In this document: positions 49,772 to 62,624 of the stretch, in pieces
Position numbering within the stretch: position 1 is the first letter of the stretch
How the letters are laid out: the number at the start of each line of letters is the position of its first letter
Assembly (NCBI GenBank): GCA_030704615.1
Contig: CM060732.1
Location: 40,362,001 to 40,426,000, forward strand
DNA: 64,000 nt
Direction of reading: 5' to 3'
Source of the DNA: Takakia lepidozioides
Taxonomy: Eukaryota; Plantae; Bryophyta
Made by a program: the position numbers and the translations under genes
The notes under the pieces: generated by a model
Told to the model about the DNA's origin: nothing
Database searches by the model: none
What the model saw: the letters and a program-made list of their open reading frames with translations, nothing else

Positions 49772-52700
49772 GTTTTTTCCTCTTCAGAAGAAAAAGATCG
49801 CCTAAGATTGAAGTGGCCTTGCTTGAGAACATGCTGACTAGGATAATGACAAAGGATTTGATGATGGATCTTGCAGCAACAGGCTGAGTCTGCATCAGTA
49901 ACTTAATTGGAACCAACTAGACATGGGAGAGCCCCTATGGCTGCCTTCTTCCTTATCCCCCCTTTGTGTTTCTGGTCCGGAGTCTTCCTTCATGGCCTTA
50001 TGTAAGGTTATTTTTTCCTTACCCCTTTTTAATAAAGTTTTACAGGGCTACAATCCCCTTATTCTATCCAAAAAAAGAAAAAGAAAAAAAGAAAAAGGGA
50101 GTTGCGTGGGTGGCTGGAGAGGAGACACCTCTGAGAGGGCTGCTGTCAAATTCCCCACCCATTTTACATCGTTATCCATGTAGATTGAAAATTAAAAGAG
50201 TAAAGTGTGGTAAAAAAAGCGGTGGGTACAAGCTTGGTGGTTGGGTACATTTAATGTCACTAACGGGGTTTAGAGTTTAAATATTATTGTTGTGGTGCTG
50301 GTATTACATTTTTGTTTTTTGAAAAAAGGCCCGAGATAGGCCGAAATCATTGATGGGGGAAAAATAACCTCATTTTTTTCATGTATAAAATAATTCGAAG
50401 CCCTAGAAGTGGATGCTTGCTCCGAAGGCTATCTCCTCTCCCCCTTTTCAACGCCATCCCCTCCTCATGTTCCCCACTCTCCCCTAACCCCTTGCAAGGT
50501 TATGGTAACGAAAAGGGCTTTCTGGTGCATGTAGGAAATTGTCTGAAAAAAGGATACAAGAGCGAAAAAAAGAGATCTATATTTTCTTTTTCTTTTCTTT
50601 TCTTTTTTCATGCGGTGTCCACCTTCTCATCGGAAGGCAGTAGCCCTATGGGGTCAAGTGACACCATAAGTTACGCTTGCTTCGGCAACGCGTCCACCTT
50701 TTTTCTTTTTTAAAAAAAATATTTATTTTTTCGTTGCTTAGCATGCGGAGACTCCGCTTAGCTTAGTGATCCGAGGCCGCAGGTGCTTCTGTGCCGCTTA
50801 GCAATCAATGGCGCAAAAAGAGTATAAATTCTAAAAGAGCCTAAACAATGATCTACAAGATTTTATTTATTTATTTTTGTCTCTATATGGGAGATGGGGA
50901 GTGTGAAGGCAGGACATGGGGTAAAATATTTGACAGAGGGCCTCACCAAGGGCGTCTCCATACGATTTACTGCTATCATATGTTTAGTATAATCTAACTT
51001 AATTATGGTTACAATATTCAGAAATTTGCACTCAGAGGTCATGTAGGCTTTAAGTGAGTAAAACGTATATGATGAGTAAGTCATACTATCATTACAAGTA
51101 TATTCATTACTTCTAGCCTAAATATGAATTTGATTTTCATATACAGATACTAAAAATAACTATAATTGTTTTTTTCCTTTTCCTTTTAATGAAGGCTTGA
51201 ATACTAATGAAATTCAAATTATTACTAATTTTCCGATACTACCTCCCTTCACGCTGATCACAATCTGGAACTTCAATCAATATTATTTACTGTCATTAAC
51301 TTCAAATTGAATAGTAAGAGAAAAAAATACCTCAGTTATGTACAGGATATAATCTATGATTGAAAATAATCAGGTACAGAAAAAAAAAAAAAAAATGGCT
51401 TCAAAGGGCGACTGGCACCCTCTCAACTCTCAAATTGAAACTCTGTTGGAACTTGGAACCATAACCAAATTCTTAGTTACGAGAACTCAATCACTCTTGC
51501 AATCAAATTTCCAATTGTTTCGGGATTGTTTCTGAGGCCTTTTGGCTTAAACGCATGTCAAGCCTTTCTATGTGTGTTGGTCCACTGTGTGTTGGTCCTC
51601 CGACCAGATACAATGTCTCGATCTAGGCCCAGTTGGAATCTAGCAGTCTTGGTTTCCGGCAAGTGATCGTAGCTAGAGAGGCACGTCCCCTCTCTGCAAG
51701 TCTGGCAAACTTTCGAGTCTACTTTCAATCACTCGCTAATACAAGGACCCTACTAGCTAGGCCACTACAATTCACCTCGTGGAGCTGACTTCGGTTTTCT
51801 TTCAGGAGGTTTGCGATCAATCAATCTAGAATTTCCCTTCTCTGCAAGCTTGTATGTCTGCTTTTGAATCTAATTATACGAGGACCCTTTTAGCCACTAC
51901 AATTCACCACGTCGTGGCTCTGACTCAAGTTTTCTTTGAGGAAGAATGCTGTCAATCAAATACGACTCGAGCGGAAGTCCATTCTTCTATTATACTTCCG
52001 ACTTAAATTTCAGAATCCAAATTTAAGATATGATCGCTTCACTGTCCAACACGTGTAAAATCATACTCCCCATGTATCATACTCTACATCAGTTCAATAC
52101 GTCTCATCATTAAAACTTCAGTGCCTAATGGCCGGGTTCTCGTAAATCTTGTCCGAGGAGTTCTATAGTATGACATCTGGTGCTTCAAATAGCAAGTGAT
52201 CTTTTTCTAGAAGTACCGATTCAAGTGTGGCCCCGGTGTTGCAATCTCCTGCAAATGTTTTCTCCACGCCTTAGACTTTCAGATGGTTTCTCCACATTTT
52301 CTCATGAGTTATATTTATCTGGTCCTAGGAGTTTCCTGCGATTCTATTTATCCTCGCTGGAGCTCTATCATGAGCACTTCCATGCCAAGTACCTTATGCT
52401 TCTAGCCCTAATCAGTTTAAAGGAAGTCTGTTTTCTTTTGTCCATATGAGGGCTCCATCTAATACCCGACCCTTTTTCAGGATTACTCCTCCAGTTCGTT
52501 TAAAGGGTTTCATCGATCTCCAAATGGATACTCCCCGGATAATCCCAGCACTAGGACTCACCTATAATCTAGGTGGGTCTGCTGATTTTTCCTCCAATCA
52601 CTCTCCTAGAAACCTTTCGTATACATTTTCCAAACCTGCGTATAGTAGGCACTGTAAGTGTTCGTGTTCAAGCTTCCTCCTTTCTCTCTACAACACTGCT

Positions 52701-53199
52701 GCCTTCATGCAAAGTCTGTGCCATGTAATGCGCTCTAAATCGCCACTAGATATGTCCTCAAACAGCTCAAGAAATCAGCTAGCTGTTGATCCTCAACTTC
52801 CTTGAAAGCATTGTACCTATATGACTGAGAACTAGCACACATTCTCATAGAACACATGCAGTCAATTGGAATACACTTCAACAGTGAACTCAGCCTCGTT
52901 TCTCTTCGATCTCATCCTCCAAACAATCAGCGCCCCACACCCTTCACTATCCACCAGCCTCAATCGGACCAATCTGAGCCGTTGATAGCAGCCATCCAAC
53001 GACAAAAATGCGTCATCTTAGGGAACGTGTTCCCTGAGAACAGTAAGTCAAACGTACGGTTCCCAGAGAAAAATTCAAAAACGATGTCAGTGTCACGGGA
53101 CACACGGGCACACTACAATAAATAAATAAATGAAATTTGACATAATTATATATATTAATCATATAATTACAACCTTGACAAGAAAAATTGAATATCCCG

Positions 53200-53439
53200 C
53201 AGTGTTTTTCTTAAGAAATTTGGAAAACAGCACGAGTGGCTAGCAAAAAGTAGCGGTACATTATGTTCATCCACTGAATTGCATCCGTTAATGTACTTCA
53301 ATCCATTTATATCATCAATATTTGGCGAATTCATCCATAATTTAGTTTTTATTTGGAGAAATTTGGCGATTTCATCCATGAAAAAACAGGGAATTTACGA
53401 TAGAATATTCTATTCTATTCGCCAATAAGAAAAACGCTG
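53200..53439. mobile_element. hAT-like MITE inserted in one copy of a local AT-rich duplication
   Basis: CAGTGTTTTTCTTA...TAAGAAAAACGCTG; the flanks recur uninterrupted at ~53608-53862. Confidence 0.65.
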
Positions 53440-54585
53440 ATTATTATCCAGCCAGGAATTGTTGTGTTTTGTGTTTTGTCAAATTCCACTAATAAGCAGA
53501 AAAATACTTGCTGAAAATTTCTTAGTTTTATCTTTTATTTTAACAATTGATTTTTCAAAACATAAATTCAGAAAAAGGAAACAATAAAATGATGGGGTAT
53601 ACTGCAATAAATAAATAAATGAAAATTGACATAATTATATATATTAATAATATAATTACAAATGAGACAGGAAAAATTGAATATCCAGCCAGGAATTGTT
53701 GTGTTTTGTGCTTTTGTTTTTTTTTTTGGGGAAGAGGGCGGAGGCCTCAGCTTTGTCAAATTCCCCTAATAAGCAGAAAAATACTTACTCAAAATTTCTT
53801 AGTTTTATTTTTTATTTTAAAATTCAAAACATAAATTCAGAAAAAGAAAACAATAAAATGGTGAAAATAAAGAAATGAAAAGTAAATAGAGGGGCGGTAA
53901 ATGTGACTATAGGGCGGGAGTAGGGTTAGTCAGATTCCACGGCAGCGCAGCGTTCCCACGAGTTCGCAAGAGAAGAGCAGGCCCAGGATGAGGGAACGTG
54001 TGCCCGGGAGTGCGCATAGGGAGAGAACGGGGGGCAGGAGTAAGGCAGGCTTGCATCATCTTCCAGGCCAGGCCCTCTCTGCCCTACTTACTCTCTTGCA
54101 TTCCTGCGCGCTCTACTTTCTTGGCCTTCTTGAGCTCTCCGCTGCCTGCTGCCTCTTCTGCGCTTGTCTGGGCTGAGTTTGACCATTTGGGGTGCCGTTT
54201 TTGTGGTTTGGAAACTGTTTTGCAGGCTGTTTCACCTCCTGCACATACCGTGGGCGACCCTAGGTGGTTTGTGAGGGTTGAGGTCCAGCGTGGTGTCTGT
54301 TTCGGTTTCTCTGTCTTAGATCCTTACTGATTTGTCGGTGGCGTCTCTGCAGTGAGGGTAATAGTAGTATTTTGGGTTGGAGATCCACAGAAAGCTCTCT
54401 GTGGCTTCTGTACTGTGAGTTGAGAGGTTGTTTCTTTGAGGATTTTTCAGTCTGAGAGAAAAGTGCGCTTCTACTTTGTGAGGCACTTTGTCGAAGGGTA
54501 CTGTGTGTGTGTGTGTATTTGTGTGAGAGAGTGGGATTCCAAGTGAGTGCTACTAAGCAAGCGTCAGTCTTTTTTGTTTGCTGCT

Positions 54586-55920
54586 ATGGCGTCGACTGAT
54601 ACAGCACCTGCTACGGAAGCTCCAGTCGTGGAGGAGGTGATTGAGGAGGTGAAGACCGATGAGAAGCCAGAGAAGGTTCCCAAGGAGAAGAAGCCCAAAG
54701 TTCCGAAGGAGCCTAAAGAGAAGAAAGTCAAGGCTCCGAAACCTCCTACGGCACACCCTCCTTATGCGTTGGTATGGAAAGTTTGGCTTGCTCTGTTTGT
54801 ATCTAGTGTAACGTAAAGGTTCTTGGAGAGGCCGTGAGAGCTGCATACATCGGGCGTAGCGGTTTGCTTGTGTGTGGCATTGGGTTAAGGCCCTTCCCTC
54901 CGACATCATGTCAACGCTTTTTTTTTGTGAAGCTCATCTATGAATCGAAATCCGTGTTTGCCGAATTGTGTTAAGTCCTGCTAAGATCACCCATTTACCC
55001 GAAATGAAATATGCATCCTGCCGAACTTGGCAGGGGTCCTCCAGAAAATTCTGTCGGCAGCAGCCCTCACTGTTCTACATTCTTGCATGCACGCCAAGAT
55101 GTGTTAGATTTCGTGTGGTTATGATCGTTATGCTAATGTCTTCTGAACTCTGTGCACTCAATACTCTGCTCGGTTCTAGATGGTGGGGGAAGCGATTGCT
55201 TCTCTGAAGGAGAGGACGGGGTCCAGTCAGTACGCAATTGCCAAGTTTCTGGAGGACAAGTACAAGACAGGCCTGCCTCCGAATTTCAAGAAGACTCTGA
55301 CTATTCAGTTACGAAATCTCACGAAACAGGGGAAGGTCTTGAAGGTAAAAAATTCCTTTAAGCTTTCTGACGAGCTGAAGAAGGGTTCAAAGGCTGCGAA
55401 GCCAGTCCCAGTTGCCAAGGAAACCAAGCCCGCTAAATCTATCAAGGTGATTAAGGTTTCCAAGGCACCCAAAGTCGTGAAGGAGGCTAAGAAAGCTGGA
55501 GGGCGTGCTACCGCAAAGACTGCGAATGGTGCCTCAGCTGCGAAAGCGGCAAAGGCACCTTCTGCAAAGGCACCTGTTGTGCCAAAAGTAACCAGAGGTG
55601 TGAAAGCTGTGAAGGTTCTCAAGGCGTCAAAACCGGAGCCCAAAGCAATGAAGTCTCCCAAGGCGGCTAGGGGCCGTGAGAAGGCAGCAACTCCAAAGAA
55701 AGCGCCTGAGAAGATTGTTGCATCGCCAAGAAAATCTGTCCCTACGCCAGCAAAGAAACCAGCCCCGGCCAAAAAGGCTGCCCCAACTAAGAAGGTGACT
55801 ACTCCTAAGAAGGCACCCAAGTCGCTCAAGACTTCCAAGAGCACTAAGGCCTCTGCTGCTGCCAAAAGAAAGTCTACAGCAAGAGCTGGAGGGCCTGCAG
55901 CCAAGAAAGCAAAGAAGTGA
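54586..55920 (+). CDS. H1: Linker histone H1 (2 exons: 54586-54771 and 55180-55920; ~308 aa)
   Basis: AHPPYAL/MVGEAIASLKERTGSSQYAIAKF..KVKNSFKL globular domain; Lys/Ala/Pro-rich tail with S/TPKK motifs. Confidence 0.95.
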
Positions 55921-58900
55921 AGGTCTTATTCTATGTGATCGATATGGTGTTTCTGGACACTACCACCTCCTCCCCAAGGAAACTTCACACCTATGGGTGT
56001 ACCCTTTGACACTGTTTGATGCCTTCACCATTTTGGTGTCTAGTAGAACCCCTGTAACTGTTTGCTCTGCCCTTTGCAGAGTTGTTATAGGAGTAAACTG
56101 TTTAGGTCTGTTCATAGTGTTCTCTTGTTTGTCCATAGTGTTCTGGAAGTCGGTAGTCTGCCTAGGAGTCAGAATCTCAACAGGACTAAAGACCACAAGT
56201 CAACATTTTTTGCCCTGTACAATATTCACATTGTTTGATAATTTCTTTTGTCTCCAACAAGAAGTTGGATTTTTGAGGTGGTGATTCCTTTGTGTGAGTG
56301 TTTTGAAGAAACTGGACCCTTGTGCATGCTCAGAGAGGAAGTTGATAATGCCTAGCAATGCAGTAGCTTAAACTGTAGCTGCAATTGCCACCTGCACAGT
56401 TCAATCTTAGAGTTGGCAATGAGCATCTTAACCTTGGGAGGCTGTATATGGTCTTTCTAGACAAAACATGGAAGTCTTGTTGGAGGTGTTTGAAATTGTC
56501 CTGTATGAATGAGTATCTGAGTATGTTTTATGGTTAGGAGGGCAGATTATGAAATCCAAATTGCTCCTCAGACGGTAAGGTAAGCTGAATGACATTTCAC
56601 TTAGGAGCATCCATTCAGATCATGTGATGCTTGAATGGCTCTTGTTCTTACCTGTGTTTTTTGAGTATTGCTCTGACTCTTACCAATGTCTTGAAGTTTT
56701 TTTAGTATTGTTGATGGTGTTATTAAGCTTAAGGTCAGTATTGATTATTTGGAGTATCTTAGTTTTGTAGGTTGGCACGGTAGCAGAGTTATTAGTGGAT
56801 ATTAGTGCATCATCTGTGGAAAATCCGGAAGTATTGTCTGTAGTTCCAACCTTGGCTCAAAGCACCTTGAAAAATTCCAATAGGTGCTGTCCAAATGCCT
56901 GTAGTGCACTGGTTCCTAGATGCTTCTTGTGTCTTGGCCTGAGGGATTCCAAGGGGAGCAGGTAAGTATGCGCAATAGCCTGCTGGTCTGGTTTCTGTGC
57001 AGATGATTCTATCAAACTCCTGTCATTGAGACATGGCTTTCAATTTGGGAGGTCTGCCATTAGTATTTGCCATTGTGCGATCTCTTAAGCCCAAGGCAGA
57101 CCACTCATCATCTGCCTTGGGCTTAGAGATTGCAGCTCCTGCGAGTTATTGATCACTGCTTTTAGTATGCTCTACATGCTTGTAAAGACAGTTGGTTATA
57201 ATTAGGATCGATTTTATAGCTGTAGGAAAGAGTGGTCATCACCTTGTGGTCGGTTATGCGGGCTGTAGATTGCCCTCTAAGTGTGATGGTGCTACAATGA
57301 AAGACAGGTTTGGGGGGGGGGCCGGGGGGGGGGAGCTCTCACAGCTGTCTGCCATGGGAATTGCTATCGCCAGATAGGTAGAGTTTTTGTTGCAGATGGT
57401 GTAGTAGCCATGCTATCTCTACTGGTTGTTTGTTTCTGCCCCTTCACTTTCTACATGCTATTTCAAAATTGGAAGAAATGTCAATGGTTGTGAAGCCGGT
57501 GCAGAGTGAGGGAAGGCAAGCTGGATAGATACATTCTTTGTCTTTTCTCATCATAGCCTGGTGATGAAATACCCTGTATAGCGAGATACACAGATGGAAA
57601 GAGAAGAACAGAGATTCAGAAACAAGTAGCAGTCTCAAAACCCTTGTGAGGGTTTTTCAAGTTTGGAAGTTTGTAAAATGTCTCTTTACATTCCTCCCTG
57701 TCAACTCCATACATATGAGCAGCAAGCAAGCAGCAAAGCTCCATCTCCCAATTTGACTTAGTATTATCCTCCCTCTATCATCAGTGTGGCAGTCAATTTT
57801 TGTACATTCCAAATCACCTGAAGACTATGCAATGTGCATCTCAGAACTGGTTGCATTTTGATGCAAACAGTTTCTCAATGTTCTAGTGTGTTCATAAGCT
57901 TTTCATTCTACAACTCCAAAGAGTTTGAGAGACTGAGGGTGGAATGCTAATCTGCTGTGAATTCTACTGGACTGTGAAGTACTGAGAGAGAAAGAGAGAG
58001 AGAAGAGTGAGATGCAGCGTGTCTTTGAGCAATGAAGCAAACAAGCGAGATGAAGCAGAGACAAAGCGATCTCCACTCTCCTGCAGACATTTATTCATCC
58101 ACTATCACTCATCCTCTCAGCAAATTATGATCCCATCACACAGAATCATCCATCCAGAGCACCATAATTTACTGCAATAAGTACATAACGTGCTCTGTTC
58201 CTCTGGTTCCTCCAATCCGGTGCCTGCGTGCCCACCATCTGGATCGCCATCGTGCGACCAGGATTTGAACCTGACTGGGCGCCACTTTCAAAAAATAAAA
58301 TCGGGGCCGTCGATATTTCAAATGGAGTCATCACGGCCGGTGGTTTCACGAGTTATCTGCACCGTCGAATTCAGGCCAGCTGGTTTTCCAGATTCTCCAA
58401 ATTTGAAAATTGAAAATATGAGCAGAAAATAGCGCAGGTTTTGACGGTTTAGATGCTTCAAAATAGATCTCTGAAGTTTAAGTCTGGGCCGCACGATAGC
58501 GATCCTTGTAATGTCCCAAGCCACCAATCGGAGCAGTGAAATTCAAACCTGCAGACGGATGAGAACTGTGGATGATGTATGCTCCTAAGGTTTCGTGGAT
58601 GAAATGTGGGATTGGATGATGTCAACCTACCTCAACGAAAGTGCGGATGATGAATGAGAAACGGTTCATCTAAAGTGAGCGGTTGACTTTTGGATGAAGA
58701 CTGGTAGCTCTCATCCGTGTCTGCCAGGACACATTCACCTTGTCTCTCTCGCCTCGTCTCTCTCACACACACACTCTCACTGTCCGTGTCTGGATTGATG
58801 TCTGCTGCCTCTTGGCGCCTGAGGCGCTCTGATATGGTCTTCATTCACAGGGAAATTTCAAGAAGTGGATCATCTTTTCGCACATGAATTGCTCTGAAAG

Positions 58901-58989
58901 GTTAGAGATGAACAGTCGCTAAACTAAACCCGATAGAGTTTCCCTTAATGGCCGCTGCTGATTATATGTATGCAGGTCTCAGTACTACT

Positions 58990-59600
58990 CGAAGTGTGGA
59001 ACCGATCATGTTCAGGAATCGCTTTCCTTAGAACCCTCAAAGTGGTGGGGGGATGAAAAGAAAATGACGGTAGGTGGGCTTGCAGGTTCAGATGTACACA
59101 TAATGTGTAAAGTGTCAATATTTCAGCAATTTGGTTGGAGACTCTGCAAAATACATCTCCAAGAATAAAGGCAAAATCCCACATCCTCCCCAAAAGGTAT
59201 ATACTTGTATAAATATATTAAACATCGAGTGTATATAGGAGCTCAACTATATTTCGCAGAATCTATCTCAAGCAACTCCTCACTAGGTATATTTATTTGG
59301 GTTGATATCCAAATTGACGCATTTCATCACTGGACCTTGCCCAAGCTCCCAAACCTGAAGGCTCTTCTTGCAATGTAAAGGGCCATGCTGATCGGCCCAA
59401 AAGCAATGGCTAGCTTACTGTGGTGCCAAAGCCTTTTGCTCCTTCTGCACCTTATTGCCAGCCTGGCTGCTTTCTGACACCTCTGACTTTTCACCATATT
59501 TCTCACCTTTGCAGTTTCAGTCCATCTGCCTGCTGCGGGATAGATATTCAATAGCAACACTCCCTTTGCGTATCTTTGTATAAGCGTCGATATTTGATAG
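58990..59600 (-). pseudogene. Degenerate PPR E/DYW fragment
   Basis: VLLLNIYPAAGRWTETAKVRNMVK, LWHHSKLAIAFG, HDRFH; internal deletions. Confidence 0.7.
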
Positions 59601-59693
59601 CCAACATTCACAGGGCATAATGAATGGACCAAGCAGCTGCATAGTTCTAATGATTGAAGCAAGACACTTGTGCCTTACAAGCAAAACATCATT

Positions 59694-62624
59694 TCACCAG
59701 TACTCCCCACAAGAACACACCCCATTTTCAAAGTGGTGGAAGCGGTTGGCATCCCGTACAACAATTGCTCGCCCAAGAATCTTTGAGATGAACTTGGTGG
59801 CCGTGTGGCAGTCACCACACACCCGAAGGTTCTTGATGATACGAAGAGGCGTCTCTGGGGCTGTGTTCATCACTCCAAAAGCTATGGCCAGCTTCTCACT
59901 GTGGTGGCAAAGAGAAAATTCCTTTTGCTCCTCCTCCACATCATGCAATACAAAGCGTGTGTCAGGCACATACCCTGCCTTCTTCATCTGATCAGACAAT
60001 CTTCTCAGCACAACATGGATCTCCTGAATTTGTGGATGCAATTTGTCATCTGCCACAAATGTGTGCACCATGTGGCCGACCTCAATGCAGCAGTGACCTG
60101 GCTGCTTTCTGACACCTCTAGCTTTCATCATTTTCCTCACCTTTGCAGTATCCTCCCACCTGCCAGCCGCAGCATAGACATTTGATAGCAACACATAAGT
60201 CGTGGAGTCCTGTTGATCCCACTTGAGGATAGATTTCGCTGCACGTTCTGCCACCTCAACATTGCCATGAATTCTGCAGGCACCAAGCAAGGCCTTCCAC
60301 ACCACAGCATTTGGTTGGACGGGCATTTTGCTAATGAAGTCCTCAGCCTCATCCAATCGCCCTGCACGGCCGAGAAGGTCCACCATGCAGCCAAAGTGCT
60401 CTGGTGTGGGAGTGAGGCCATGATCTCGACGCAGGGTATCAAAGTAGTGTCTGCCTTCATCCACTAGGCCCCCATGGCTACATGCTTGGAGAACACATAA
60501 AAAGGTGATAATGTTCGGCTTCAAGCCTTCCTTTTGCATTCCTACAAATAATTGCAAGGCCTCCTTTTGACGACCGTGCTGGGCATATCCTGCAATCATT
60601 GCATTCCATGACACCACATTTCGTTCAGGCATATTGTCAAACACTCTCTTTGCATCCTCAATGCTCCCGCATTTGGCATACATGTCTACGAGGGTAGTAT
60701 GCAGAATCATATTTGGTACAACTCCAGTTTTCATGATATCAGCATGAACTTCTTTGCCCTTTTCCAGGGCTGCCAAGCTTGCACACGCTTTACATACGCA
60801 AGCGAATGTGACCTGGTTTGGCTTCACACCTTCCTGCATCATTTGCTCATAGGTCTCCAAAGCCTCCATCCCACATCCATGTTGGGCATATCCTGCGATC
60901 ATTGCACTCCATGACACCACACTTCGGTTAGCCATATTGTCGAACAATGCCTTTGCATCATTGAGGCTCCCGCATTTGGCATACATGTCCACGAGGGTAT
61001 TGTTCAGAATGACATTTGGTACGATTCCAGCTTTCATGATGTCAGCATGGACCTCTTTGCCCTTTTCCAGGGCTGCCAGGCTGGCACACGCATTGCATAT
61101 GCCGACAAATGTGACAAGGTCCGGCTTCACCTCTTGATGCATCATTTGTTCATAGGTCTCCAAAGCCTCCATCCCACACCCATGCTGGGCATATCCTGCG
61201 ATCATTGCATTCCATGACACCACATTTCGTTCAGGCATATTGTCGAACACTTCCTTTGCATGGGTGAGGCTCCCACATTTGGCATACATATCCACCAGGG
61301 CAGTGCCAAGAATGACATCTGGTACAATTCCAGCTTTCATGATGTCAGCATGGACCTCTTTGCCCTTTTCCACGGCTGCCAGGCTCGCACACGCATTGCA
61401 AATGGAAACGAACGTGACTGGGTTGGGTTTCACCCCTTCATGCATCATTTGCTCATAGGTCTCCAAAGCCTCCATCCCGCATCCATGCTGGGCATACCCG
61501 GCAATCATCGCACTCCATGACACTACATTTCGTTCAGTCATATTGTCAAACAATCCCTTTGCATCATTGAGGCTCCCGCATTTGGCATACATGTCCACGA
61601 GTGTATTGTTCAGAATGACGTCTGGTACAATTCCAGCTTTCATGATATCAGCATGGACCTCTTTGCCCTTCTCCAGGGCTGCCAGGCTGGCACATGCATT
61701 GCAAATGCCAACGAATGTGACATTGTCTGGCTTCACCTCTTCCTGCATCATTTGTTCATAGGTCTCCAAAGCCTCCGCCCCACACCCATGCTGCGCATAT
61801 CCTGTTATCATTGCATTCCATGACACCACATTTCTTTCTGGCATATTGTCGAACACTTCTTTTGCATCCGTGAGGCTCCCACATTTGGCATACATATCCA
61901 CCAGAGCAGTGCCAAGAATGACATCTGGTACAATTCCAGCTTTCATGATGTCATCATGGACCTCCTTGCCCTTTTCCACGGCTGCCATGCTTGCACACGC
62001 ATTGCAAATGGAAACGAACGTGACCCGGTCGGGCTTCACCCCTGCCTGCATCATTTTCTCATATGTCTCCAGGGCATTCTTACCACACCTATGCTTGGTA
62101 AATCCTGCCATCATTATATTCCACGTGATCAAACCTCGTTCAGGCATTGTGTCGAACACTTTGTGTGCATCCACTATGCTCCCACATTTGACATACATGT
62201 TGACAAGGCTGTTGTATAGAAACACGTTTGGCTTGAACCCAGTGTGAATGATGTGACTGTGCACCTGCTTTCCGGCTGCCAGGCCTTTCATCTTGATGCA
62301 CTTATGCAAGAGACACACATAAGTATCTGTATCTGCTGAAATGCCTCCTCGATTCAAAATTTGCAGAGCCTCTTTCAGTTGTCCTGCCTCACATAGTGTC
62401 CTGACATGCTCAGAAATCCCAGAGGAGATATTGTGGACTCCCTCTCTTGATCTTCTTTTGTAAGTAGTGGCCATGGTGCAGGTGCCCGACTTGATCAACT
62501 GTGCTGCCGCTGCTCCCAATTGACCATCTATACATGCCGGTTTCTTGCTGCTATCAATACACAGTGGCTCATGGGTACTCTTGCGCTTGAAATCTGGCCT
62601 TCTTAGATGTATCTGGACCCACAC
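59694..62624 (-). CDS. PLS-class PPR protein with E1/E2/DYW cytidine deaminase (organellar C-to-U editing factor)
   Basis: Intronless 976 aa; P-L-S triplets; PG box PGHCCIEV; HSEKLAIAFG; CGDCH; terminal CSCGEYW; true start may be a downstream ATG. Confidence 0.96.
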   Translation of the reverse strand: MWVQIHLRRPDFKRKSTHEPLCIDSSKKPACIDGQLGAAAAQLIKSGTCTMATTYKRRSREGVHNISSGISEHVRTLCEAGQLKEALQILNRGGISADTDTYVCLLHKCIKMKGLAAGKQVHSHIIHTGFKPNVFLYNSLVNMYVKCGSIVDAHKVFDTMPERGLITWNIMMAGFTKHRCGKNALETYEKMMQAGVKPDRVTFVSICNACASMAAVEKGKEVHDDIMKAGIVPDVILGTALVDMYAKCGSLTDAKEVFDNMPERNVVSWNAMITGYAQHGCGAEALETYEQMMQEEVKPDNVTFVGICNACASLAALEKGKEVHADIMKAGIVPDVILNNTLVDMYAKCGSLNDAKGLFDNMTERNVVSWSAMIAGYAQHGCGMEALETYEQMMHEGVKPNPVTFVSICNACASLAAVEKGKEVHADIMKAGIVPDVILGTALVDMYAKCGSLTHAKEVFDNMPERNVVSWNAMIAGYAQHGCGMEALETYEQMMHQEVKPDLVTFVGICNACASLAALEKGKEVHADIMKAGIVPNVILNNTLVDMYAKCGSLNDAKALFDNMANRSVVSWSAMIAGYAQHGCGMEALETYEQMMQEGVKPNQVTFACVCKACASLAALEKGKEVHADIMKTGVVPNMILHTTLVDMYAKCGSIEDAKRVFDNMPERNVVSWNAMIAGYAQHGRQKEALQLFVGMQKEGLKPNIITFLCVLQACSHGGLVDEGRHYFDTLRRDHGLTPTPEHFGCMVDLLGRAGRLDEAEDFISKMPVQPNAVVWKALLGACRIHGNVEVAERAAKSILKWDQQDSTTYVLLSNVYAAAGRWEDTAKVRKMMKARGVRKQPGHCCIEVGHMVHTFVADDKLHPQIQEIHVVLRRLSDQMKKAGYVPDTRFVLHDVEEEQKEFSLCHHSEKLAIAFGVMNTAPETPLRIIKNLRVCGDCHTATKFISKILGRAIVVRDANRFHHFENGVCSCGEYW

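Noticed and set aside
55305-55904. 199-aa ORF antisense to histone H1, and similar antisense ORFs over the PPR and pol regions
   Set aside because: Shadow ORFs caused by codon bias on the coding strand
59176-59240. ATCCCACATC plus TATA resembling a plant snRNA USE promoter
   Set aside because: Spacing does not fit and no recognisable snRNA follows
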